Positions 7,820-16,000 of a stretch of 64,000 nt of DNA are shown in pieces. The translations under genes were made by a program, and so were the position numbers. Numbering within the stretch: position 1 is the stretch's first letter; each line of letters begins with the position of its first letter. The notes beneath the pieces were generated by a model. That model was not told the origin of the DNA. It ran no database searches and saw only the letters and a program-made list of their open reading frames with translations. Source of the DNA: Candidatus Gastranaerophilales bacterium (lineage in GTDB: Bacteria > Cyanobacteriota > Vampirovibrionia > Gastranaerophilales > Gastranaerophilaceae); the NCBI GenBank assembly GCA_910587375.1, contig CAJULR010000022.1, positions 8,431-72,430 of the forward strand. The letters run 5' to 3'.

Positions 7820-7852
7820 AATCTTGAGATCCTGAATCAAGTTCAGGATGAC
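7820..7852 (-). repeat. hairpin repeat H1, inverted orientation
   Basis: aatcttgagatcctgaatcaagttcaggatgac is the reverse complement of the H1 consensus with one loop change. Confidence 0.8.
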
Positions 7853-7890
7853 GGCTGCACATTGAATGGCCGGATTTACTGTACCAAGTA

Positions 7891-8088
7891 TTAATTTACG
7901 GTGCGGAAAAGCTCTTCCAGGGCGTTATTCAGGCTGTTTATTTTATGCTCGATTTCAATAAGTGCCTGGCCGTAAGGCAGAGTGTCATTGGTTTTTTGCT
8001 CTGTGTTCAGGAGGGCCATTTTAAGAACGTGGGTTGAGTTTCTGATTTCGAGGAGTTTTTCTGTGATTTCGAGGTGTTTTTGGAACAT
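7891..8088 (-). CDS. hypothetical 65-aa helical protein (weak call)
   Basis: Track ORF only. The sequence is heptad-like and rich in Leu/Glu. It lies between inverted H1 copies. No homology recognised. Confidence 0.3.
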   Translation of the reverse strand: MFQKHLEITEKLLEIRNSTHVLKMALLNTEQKTNDTLPYGQALIEIEHKINSLNNALEELFRTVN

Positions 8089-8193
8089 TTGATGATTCCT
8101 TTTTGTTTTACGTTTTTATTTTTGCACAGTTTTTTTGAAATGTATGTAAGCAAAAAGATTACAAGGATGAAGGCGGAGGTTTGGATTGGCCGT

Positions 8194-8334
8194 GTCATCC
8201 TGAACTTGTTTCAGGATCTCGAGATTTTTGCGCTATATCAACAGACCCTGAAATAAATTCAGGGTGACAAAGTCTTTTCAGCGGCGTTGGTTTCTGGATT
8301 GCCGCGGTACGCTGTCGCTTCCCTCGCAATGACG
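8194..8334. repeat. repeat cluster: H1 (8194-8226,+), H1 variant (8245-8268,-), cgtcattgcgag-type copy C (8289-8334,-)
   Basis: Direct sequence matches to the copies at 3624, 4116 and 4043-4200. The overlapping track ORFs (8074-8256, 8195-8551) are built from these repeats. Confidence 0.8.
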
Positions 8335-8381
8335 TAACCATTGAATGATTATAGTGCGAAACCTTGCGATGATGGTGAAGG

Positions 8382-9761
8382 TTATTTTGCAACGATGACG
8401 CGGTTTCGGCCGGATTCTTTGGCTTCATAAAGCGCCCCATCTGCGCTTCTATAGAGTTCATCCGGCTCTGCCATTGAATTTTTATACTGTGAAACGCCAA
8501 CCGAAATTGTAACCGAAATGTTTGAAACGCCCTCAATTCGGTAATCTTCAATGTTTATTGTTTTCTTTTCAATTTGTGCCCTTAAACGCTCCGCAACGAC
8601 CGTAGCTTCTTCAAGCGAAGTGTTTGGCAAAAGTATTGTAAACTCTTCTCCGCCATAGCGGGAGGGGATGTCGTATTCCCTAAGTTCTTTTTTAATGGCC
8701 TTTGCGACGGTTTTAAGGACGCAATCGCCCACGGCATGGCCATATGTGTCGTTTACGGATTTAAAGAAATCGATGTCGGTCATAATGCAGCAGAGGCTTG
8801 ATTTTTGCCTTTTTGCGTTTGCAACTTCGGAATGAAGCCTTGTGTGGAACTGGTGTCTGTTGTTCAGGCCCGTGAGAGCGTCTAAAGTGGCGTGTTCCAG
8901 GATTTTCATATAACTGCAAGCGCGCTCAACCGTTGTGGAAGCTTGTTTTGAGATTTCAATTAAATAATCCGTGTCTTTGTTGTTTAATTTTTCAAGGCCG
9001 CTTTTCGCAACAATCGCGCCGAAAATTTTTCCTTCGCAAAAAAGAGGAAATATTCCTATTTTGCCGCCGTCTTCAAGAATTGCCGTGCTTTTTTGGTTTA
9101 TTACGCTTAAATAATTCAAAATTCTTGTATCAGAACAATTATTTGGCCAAACAAGCTTGTAATCCTTCTTTTTTGGATTTTTCAAGAAAACATAAATTAA
9201 GTGTTCTGTAATAAAACTGTCAATCATCTCGCCCAAAACAGGCATTATATAATTAAGTTCGTATTGAGTTTCGATGATTTTTGCAATGTTTCTGATTGTT
9301 TTGTGGAATTTTTGCTGGGTCATCATCTCTTCTGAATTTTTCAAATTTTGAAGCGCAAAAGAAATTTGCCTTGAAACCAGGGGCAAAATTTCAAAGAGAA
9401 TTTTGTTTTTAATGTTTCCTTTAATGTAAACAAGCCCTGTAAGGCGGTTTTCATCAAAAACGGGGAAGGCAAGCGTGTCTTTTTCCTTGATGAAATCTGC
9501 ATTATTATATTTAAAGGAGCAAAAATAGCTATTTAAAATGTTTGCAAGATAGTCTTGTTTCAAGGTTTCCCAGGGTTTTGTAAAATCTTTCAGGGAATTT
9601 AAAACGTCATCAAAAAGGAAAACTTTGAATTCTTTAATATCGCCAAAGGTTTTAAAAGCCTCCTGTAAGCCTTGCGCAAGTTCGGTTTCCGACTTTGAAA
9701 TTTCAAAGACGTTTGTGAGATTTAACAAAAAATTATAAATGGTTTTTTCTGTGGTTTTCAA
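8382..9761 (-). CDS. diguanylate cyclase (GAF-like sensor region + GGDEF domain)
   Basis: The C-terminal domain carries DALTGLNNRHQF, a RYGGEEF active-site motif and YEAKESGRNRV. Confidence 0.9.
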   Translation of the reverse strand: MKTTEKTIYNFLLNLTNVFEISKSETELAQGLQEAFKTFGDIKEFKVFLFDDVLNSLKDFTKPWETLKQDYLANILNSYFCSFKYNNADFIKEKDTLAFPVFDENRLTGLVYIKGNIKNKILFEILPLVSRQISFALQNLKNSEEMMTQQKFHKTIRNIAKIIETQYELNYIMPVLGEMIDSFITEHLIYVFLKNPKKKDYKLVWPNNCSDTRILNYLSVINQKSTAILEDGGKIGIFPLFCEGKIFGAIVAKSGLEKLNNKDTDYLIEISKQASTTVERACSYMKILEHATLDALTGLNNRHQFHTRLHSEVANAKRQKSSLCCIMTDIDFFKSVNDTYGHAVGDCVLKTVAKAIKKELREYDIPSRYGGEEFTILLPNTSLEEATVVAERLRAQIEKKTINIEDYRIEGVSNISVTISVGVSQYKNSMAEPDELYRSADGALYEAKESGRNRVIVAK

Positions 9762-9770
9762 GGCTGCTCC

Positions 9771-10844
9771 TTAATCCCTTATTCCTGCTTCAAAATATTT
9801 TTTGTTTGCACAGGTTTTAAAATTTTTAATCATAGCGCCGTCAAATTCGTCCACAACAAGCATTTTGCCTTTAACATAAGTTACTTCTTTTGAATTTCCG
9901 GTGCTGTTTTCTTCCGTGAGGCTTTCTTTCAGGTTTTCATATTCTTCTGAAACTGTATATTTTTGGTTTACTTCGTTTAAAACATCGTAAATATATCTTG
10001 TTTTGTTGCTGTTTCCTTTGCCATCCAAAATGAGCCCTGCTTTTTTAAATTCTTCAATGGAATCAGCATATCTTTTCATACCTTTTAGAAGGATTGCAAG
10101 GTTGTAGTGTGCTTCATATTTCATTGGCTCTTTTTCAATGGCTTTACAGTAATAATAGCCTGCATATTCGGGGTTTCTTAAAAGATGGTGGGCAATCGCA
10201 AGGTTATAATAAACGTCATAAGTTTTTAGAGATTTTAAAGCCTTTTCATAAGAATTTACGGCATTTTCAAGAAAGCGGCGTGAAAGGAAAAGGTCTTCTC
10301 CGTTTAAAAGGGATTTCCCGCGCCAGGCAAGGCCCTGGTTATAATAGGCAACGCCTTTGTTGTGCTTATATGAGTGTTTATTATCAACAATAAAAGGGAT
10401 GTATACCCATTTTGGGATTTTTTCGATTGCAAGATTATACTCTTCAATGGCGCGGTCATAATTAAAAGTGGCCTCAGAAAGTACAATTGCATAGTCTATT
10501 CTTGCAACGGTGAAATCCGGGCGAAGCTGCAGCGCTTTTGAATACGCGTCAAGTGCTGAATAATAATCTTCATAAACAACATAAAGGTTTGCAAGGTTGT
10601 ATTGTGCTCTGTAATGCTTGGGGTATAGGCCTAAGGCCTTAACATATGAATTTATGGCCTTTTGGGGCTTATGTTTTTTATAGTAATTATCCCCAAGGTA
10701 AACATAATAAAAGCTTAAAGCTTTGTGCCATTGGCTTATGTAGAAATCTTTGAAGATGAAAATACTTGCAATAAAAGCTATAAACAGCACAAAGCTGAAT
10801 ATTTTTACTGTTGTATTTTTAAAAACTCTTAAGAATCTTCTCAT
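9771..10844 (-). CDS. membrane-anchored tetratricopeptide (TPR) repeat protein
   Basis: N-terminal TM helix (VKIFSFVLFIAFIASIFIF) followed by repeated TPR-like A..Y..AL...P motifs. Confidence 0.8.
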   Translation of the reverse strand: MRRFLRVFKNTTVKIFSFVLFIAFIASIFIFKDFYISQWHKALSFYYVYLGDNYYKKHKPQKAINSYVKALGLYPKHYRAQYNLANLYVVYEDYYSALDAYSKALQLRPDFTVARIDYAIVLSEATFNYDRAIEEYNLAIEKIPKWVYIPFIVDNKHSYKHNKGVAYYNQGLAWRGKSLLNGEDLFLSRRFLENAVNSYEKALKSLKTYDVYYNLAIAHHLLRNPEYAGYYYCKAIEKEPMKYEAHYNLAILLKGMKRYADSIEEFKKAGLILDGKGNSNKTRYIYDVLNEVNQKYTVSEEYENLKESLTEENSTGNSKEVTYVKGKMLVVDEFDGAMIKNFKTCANKKYFEAGIRD

Positions 10845-10938
10845 TTTATATCATTAACCGGTTTTGTTGTTTTGATTGGATGGCAGGTGCTTTGAAGCTG
10901 TTTTGTTTTGGGTTTTGCGCCCAATTTTTAGGCGAGAT

Positions 10939-12621
10939 TTATGTTTCAAAAAGTTTAAACAATCTTTCTTCAATTATTTCATCATCAATTTCAGGGTAAA
11001 CCTTGTTTAAATCAAGTGCATATTGATATTCGGTTGCAGCAGAAACCTTATTCCCCTTGGTTTCATAATATCTTGCCATGTTAAAATGCGCCATTGTGTA
11101 GTTATTGTTTAGTTTTAGGGCTGCTTCAAAGCAAGGTTTTGCGCGTTCTGCGTCGTTTAAACCGTCAAAATAAACAACACCAAGGTTATTGTAGGCTATT
11201 TCATAATCTGGCTCGATATCAATTGCCCTTGTGTAAAATTCTATGGCATTTTCAACGTAATCTCTTTCCCAAAAAGCCATTGCAAGCCTTGAAAAGACTT
11301 TTGCGTCTTTATATCCGCCCTCAAGCGCCAAAGTATAATATTTTATAGCTTCGTCCATATCTTCAATGTCATAATAAATATCTGCAAGGGAAAGATAAAT
11401 CTCAGTTTTATTTTTAGTTAAAATCAGGGCATTTTGAAGCATAGAAATTGCAGCGTCAAAATTTCCTTTAATTCTATGATAAATTGCAGCCAAAGCCTGC
11501 GCCACAACTGCTGTCCATTCGTTATCAGGGTTGTTTTCAAGAGCTTTTTTGTATAGTTCAATTGCACTGTCATACTGTTCTAATTGAACATATGCAAAAG
11601 CTAAAGAATTCTGATAGAACGGATTATCAGGCTCTCCTTCAAGTGCAAGCTTAAAAGCGCTTACTGCATTTATTTTTTCTTCTTTTTTTAAATACAGGTT
11701 TCCAAGCTCGTAATATCCTCTTGAAAAGCCCGGGATTTTTTTAATTAAAATTGTGTAATTATCAATTAAATCATCAACTTTTTCAGGGAAATTTGCTTCC
11801 ATAAATTCAATTAAATCCACAATTGTTTCAGGGTCGTGGTTTGATAATTGAACAGCATTTTGATAACATTGAAGCGCCACTTCCGGCCTTTCTTTTTTAA
11901 TTGCAATCCCTGCCATTTTTTCATAGAACAAGGGTGCATTTTTTGTGTTATCAAGGGCGTCTGAATATAGTTGATACGCGTTTTTATCTAAATTTGTTTT
12001 TTCTAAAATTTTTCCGACAGCTCTGTATTTTGCAAAGTTAAGGTCGTTAATTATATTTTTGCAAAACATTTTAATATTCGCCCTGTCAAATAAGAATAGA
12101 AAAGAGCCTGAAAAAATGTAGAACATTGCCTTTGAGAAGGAAATAAAATCTGCGCTTCCTTCGTTTTGCTTTCTTTTTTCAAGGAAAGCAAGAGCCATTG
12201 CAAGCCTTGCCCTGTGGGAAGAGGTTGGCTTTAGCTTCATTGCGGCCTTAAATTGTTCTTTGGCTTCTTCATATTCTCCGTTTTGAGAGAGGAAATACCC
12301 CAAATACATTCTGGCACTTGCGCTTCTTGGGTCTAATTCAACTGCCCTTCTGCATTGTTCCAAAGCACCCTCAAGGCCAATTTGCCCGCTTTCATGCATA
12401 AGGCTTGCGAGCCTGTAATAAGCGCTTGGAATATCGGGGTTTATTTTAATGGCTTTTATATATAAATTTATAGCGTTGATTAAATCTTCGTTATTTGCCC
12501 TTAAAATGTATTGCTGATGAGCGGCTGTCGCCTGTGAAATTAAAATTTCGGATTCTTTTTCGGGTGACAGCTCGTTAAAGTTAATATTTATAGCATTTTG
12601 CGGGTTTTTTTGCGTAAACAT
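10939..12621 (-). CDS. TPR repeat protein
   Basis: Many 34-residue repeats with the W/Y..LG..Y...G.Y..A...Y..AL..DP pattern. Confidence 0.8.
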   Translation of the reverse strand: MFTQKNPQNAININFNELSPEKESEILISQATAAHQQYILRANNEDLINAINLYIKAIKINPDIPSAYYRLASLMHESGQIGLEGALEQCRRAVELDPRSASARMYLGYFLSQNGEYEEAKEQFKAAMKLKPTSSHRARLAMALAFLEKRKQNEGSADFISFSKAMFYIFSGSFLFLFDRANIKMFCKNIINDLNFAKYRAVGKILEKTNLDKNAYQLYSDALDNTKNAPLFYEKMAGIAIKKERPEVALQCYQNAVQLSNHDPETIVDLIEFMEANFPEKVDDLIDNYTILIKKIPGFSRGYYELGNLYLKKEEKINAVSAFKLALEGEPDNPFYQNSLAFAYVQLEQYDSAIELYKKALENNPDNEWTAVVAQALAAIYHRIKGNFDAAISMLQNALILTKNKTEIYLSLADIYYDIEDMDEAIKYYTLALEGGYKDAKVFSRLAMAFWERDYVENAIEFYTRAIDIEPDYEIAYNNLGVVYFDGLNDAERAKPCFEAALKLNNNYTMAHFNMARYYETKGNKVSAATEYQYALDLNKVYPEIDDEIIEERLFKLFET

Positions 12622-12827
12622 TTATTTGTTATTTATACCTTTAATCTGGTCATAAAATAAATTACTTTTATTATCGCAAAAGAAGATAAATTGCTTAAGT
12701 AATTTTTGAAAAATCATCCGTTTAATTGAGTAAAACCCTATAAAGCGTTGCCATGGTGGCAAAATAGTTGTATTATTAGTATGGTAAAAAATCGAAGTTA
12801 ACAATTTATTAAAAGAGGGTTATTTAA

Positions 12828-14147
12828 ATGGGCATACATATGCAGATATTAATAGCAATTTTACTTGGAATTAAGAGAAACTGGCATATATTTTTCGGTC
12901 TTATAGCAGGTATTATTGTGGGAATTCTTCTTCCTGCTTCCCATTATCCCCTTGTTCATAAAATTTTAGATATTATAGGGCAATCTTTTATAAATATTAT
13001 TCAAATGGTTGTTATTCCCCTTGTAATAAGTGCTATTGTAATTGGTATTTCAAGCATTGGGGATAATAAACAGCTTGCAAAATTCGGCAAAAAGATGATT
13101 TTCTATTATGCAATCATAACTTTTGCCGCAGTTGTAATCGGGGCAATTTTGGCCCTTGTTATGAAGCCGGGCATTGGTGCTCAAAGCTTTATAAACCCTG
13201 ATGTTGCACGTGAAATGCAAGGATATGTTTCAAGTGCAATTGCAGAACAACAATCTAATATGACAGGCATGTTCCTTGGTTTAATTCCTAAAAACCCATT
13301 CCATTCTTTGGCAACAGGGGATATGGTTCCGATTATTATATTTGTTCTGATTTTCTCAATTGCTCTTGCAAAGATTGGCGAAATTAACCGTCCCGTTGTA
13401 TCTTTCTTTGAAAGCATTTTTGCTGCCACAATGAAAGTGACGGATTGGATTATGTATTTAGCTGCTCCCGGTGTGTTTGCGCTGACCGCAGCTTCTGTTT
13501 CAAACTTTGGTGTTTCAATGTTTGAGGGGGTTTGGAAATATCTCCTTGTTCTTGCACTAGGGTTTTTAATTCAATTTTTCTTTGTTTACCCTTTAATGTT
13601 GAAAATATTTTCAAAAGTTCCTGTTGGAAAACTTTATACTGCAATAACAGAGGCCATTATGGTGGCATTTGGTACGGCTTCAAGCTCTGCCACTTTGCCC
13701 TTAACAATTACGTGCTGTGAAAAGCGCGGTATTTCAAGCAAAATCTGTTCTTTTGTTCTTCCTTTGGGTGCAACTCTTAATATGGACGGAACAGCTCTCA
13801 TGCAGACGGTTGCAGTTATATTCCTCGCTCAAACATACGGAATTGAATTATCCTGGATTATAATTCTTCAAATTGCAGTTCTTGCAATGATAGCGTCTTC
13901 AACTTGTGCTGGAATTCCTGGTGCAGGCTTAATTACTATTGCGCTTGTTCTAAACGGTATAGGCTTAACGCCTGAACAGCTTGTAATTGGCTTTAGCTTC
14001 CTGTTTGCGCTTGAAAGGCTTGTTGATATGATGAGAACAACCGTAAACGTGGCTTCTGACGCCGTTGTTGCCGCTATTATTGCGGATAATGAAAATGAAA
14101 TAAACTACGAGCTTTTAAACAACGATTCATATAAAGACATAGTTTAA
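12828..14147 (+). CDS. dicarboxylate/amino acid:cation symporter (DAACS family)
   Basis: Multi-TM protein with SSSATLPLT and NMDGTALMQTVAVIFLAQ signature blocks. AGAGGG lies 8 nt upstream of the ATG. Confidence 0.9.
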   Translation: MGIHMQILIAILLGIKRNWHIFFGLIAGIIVGILLPASHYPLVHKILDIIGQSFINIIQMVVIPLVISAIVIGISSIGDNKQLAKFGKKMIFYYAIITFAAVVIGAILALVMKPGIGAQSFINPDVAREMQGYVSSAIAEQQSNMTGMFLGLIPKNPFHSLATGDMVPIIIFVLIFSIALAKIGEINRPVVSFFESIFAATMKVTDWIMYLAAPGVFALTAASVSNFGVSMFEGVWKYLLVLALGFLIQFFFVYPLMLKIFSKVPVGKLYTAITEAIMVAFGTASSSATLPLTITCCEKRGISSKICSFVLPLGATLNMDGTALMQTVAVIFLAQTYGIELSWIIILQIAVLAMIASSTCAGIPGAGLITIALVLNGIGLTPEQLVIGFSFLFALERLVDMMRTTVNVASDAVVAAIIADNENEINYELLNNDSYKDIV

Positions 14148-14187
14148 GCTGCCTTAAGATTTTATCAGGTGTAAAAGGCCGTTAAAA

Positions 14188-14616
14188 GTGAATATTAAAA
14201 TTGTACTTGAAGGAAAAATAAAGGAGCCGTATTTTAAGCTTGGCGTTGAAGAGTTTAAAAAAAGGCTCACAGGTTATACGTCTTTAAAAATCCTTGAGGT
14301 ATCTTCGATTTTAGAATTTGTAAAAAATAATGTAAAGTTAAATTCATATGTTATAACCCTTGAAATCGAAGGAAAAAGTTTATCAAGCCCGGAATTTGCC
14401 CAAAAAATAAAAGAAGTTGAAACAGACGGGGCATATAATGAAATAATATTTTTAATCGGGGGTTCAGATGGCCTTGTTCAGGAAGTTCGGGACAAAAGTG
14501 ATTTTAAATTTTCAATGTCAAAACTTACATTTTTGCACCAGGAGGCAGTTTTGATACTGACAGAGCAAATATATAGAGCATATAAAATTTTAAACAATGA
14601 AACGTATCATAAATAA
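14188..14616 (+). CDS. rlmH: 23S rRNA (pseudouridine1915-N3)-methyltransferase
   Basis: SPOUT-type sequence with the IFLIGGSDGL motif and a C-terminal EQIYRAYKI...YHK. GTG start. Confidence 0.9.
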   Translation: MNIKIVLEGKIKEPYFKLGVEEFKKRLTGYTSLKILEVSSILEFVKNNVKLNSYVITLEIEGKSLSSPEFAQKIKEVETDGAYNEIIFLIGGSDGLVQEVRDKSDFKFSMSKLTFLHQEAVLILTEQIYRAYKILNNETYHK

Positions 14617-14641
14617 AGTTAAAAGTCAGATGAGGTAAAAT

Positions 14642-15949
14642 ATGCGCGCGGTTGACATTATACAAAAGAAAAAAGAGGGGAAAACCCATACAAAAGAAGA
14701 GATTGATTTTCTTGTTCAAGGGCTTTTGGATGGAACGATTGAAGATTATCAAATGGCTGCATGGCTTATGGCTGTGTGTTTTAAGGGTTTAGATGATGAT
14801 GAAACGGCATATTTAACTGAAGCTTTTATAAATTCAGGTGATATTTTAGATTTTTCTGATATTTCAAATATTGTAGCCGATAAGCACTCTACAGGCGGTG
14901 TTGGGGATAAAGTGACAATTGTTCTCATTCCTTTGCTTGCTTCACTTGGTGTTCCCTGTGCAAAGCTTAGCGGAAGAGGCCTTGGATACACAGGCGGAAC
15001 GGTTGATAAGCTTGAATCTATACCAAATTTTGTATGTTCTTTGAAAGATGAAGATTTTAAAACTCAAATTAAAAAAATAGGGGCCGCAATTTCAGCGCAA
15101 ACGCCAAATTTAACTCCTGCGGACGGCAAAATATACGCCCTTCGGGATGTTACGGCAACGGTTGACAATAAATCTTTAATTTGCGCTTCTGTTGTGTCTA
15201 AAAAAATTGCAAGCGGTGCGGATATAATAGTTCTTGATGTTAAATACGGTGCAGGCGCATTTATCAAAACCAAGGAAGAGGCCAAAGAGCTTGCAGATTT
15301 AATGATAAAAACGGGCGCAAAATTAAACAGGAAAATTTCTGCCGTGATAAGTTCCATGGAACAGCCTTTGGGGACTCATATCGGAAATTCACTTGAAATT
15401 ATTGAAAGCATTGAATTTTTGAAAGGAAATTTTAACAAAGATTTATACGAAATTGTGCTTGAAATTGCTTCAAAGACGCTTGTTTTGGCTCATTTAGCTA
15501 AAGACTACAAAGAGGCTGATAAAATGGTGAAAAGTGCGATAAAATCAGGCTCTGCGTTAAATAAATTGAAAGAAATAATAAAAGCGCAAGGCGGAAACCC
15601 GGATTGTACTGATGATTACAAACTTTTTAATGTCGGAGAGAACAAGTTTGAAATAAAAACAGATAAAGATGGTTATGTTTCAAAACTTGACGCGCTTTTA
15701 ATAGCAAAAGCCTGCAAGCTTTTAGGCGCAGGGCGCGATAAAAAAAGTGATTTGATTGATTTTGGCGCAGGCTGTATTTTAAATAAAAAAACGGGTGATA
15801 AGGTGAATGCAGGCGATACCTTACTTACTTTATTCTGGAATAATATTAAAGAAGAAAAAATAAACGAAGCAAAAGAGTGCGCCCAAAGTGCGTTTGAATA
15901 TTCTAGCACTGCCCCTGAAAACATCCCGCTTATATATAAAGAAGATTAA
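14642..15949 (+). CDS. pdp: pyrimidine-nucleoside (thymidine) phosphorylase
   Basis: MRAVDIIQKKKEG...IEDYQMAAWLMAV...DKHSTGGVGDKV is the hallmark of the DeoA/Pdp family. Confidence 0.9.
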   Translation: MRAVDIIQKKKEGKTHTKEEIDFLVQGLLDGTIEDYQMAAWLMAVCFKGLDDDETAYLTEAFINSGDILDFSDISNIVADKHSTGGVGDKVTIVLIPLLASLGVPCAKLSGRGLGYTGGTVDKLESIPNFVCSLKDEDFKTQIKKIGAAISAQTPNLTPADGKIYALRDVTATVDNKSLICASVVSKKIASGADIIVLDVKYGAGAFIKTKEEAKELADLMIKTGAKLNRKISAVISSMEQPLGTHIGNSLEIIESIEFLKGNFNKDLYEIVLEIASKTLVLAHLAKDYKEADKMVKSAIKSGSALNKLKEIIKAQGGNPDCTDDYKLFNVGENKFEIKTDKDGYVSKLDALLIAKACKLLGAGRDKKSDLIDFGAGCILNKKTGDKVNAGDTLLTLFWNNIKEEKINEAKECAQSAFEYSSTAPENIPLIYKED

Positions 15950-15952
15950 TTT

Positions 15953-15984
15953 AAAAGCCCCGGCAAATCGGGGCTTTAATTTTA
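15953..15984. terminator. bidirectional intrinsic terminator between convergent pdp and the spermidine-synthase-like gene
   Basis: Stem agccccg/cggggct with a 6-nt loop, flanked by an A-tract on one side and a T-rich tract on the other. Confidence 0.7.
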
Positions 15985-16000
15985 TTGCTTTTACTTTTCT

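Noticed and set aside
8195-8551. 118-aa minus-strand ORF, and the 60-aa plus-strand ORF at 8074-8256
   Set aside because: Both are largely encoded by H1 and cgtcattgcgag repeat DNA. The 118-aa ORF also overlaps the 3' end of the GGDEF gene. These are typical repeat-derived pseudo-ORFs.
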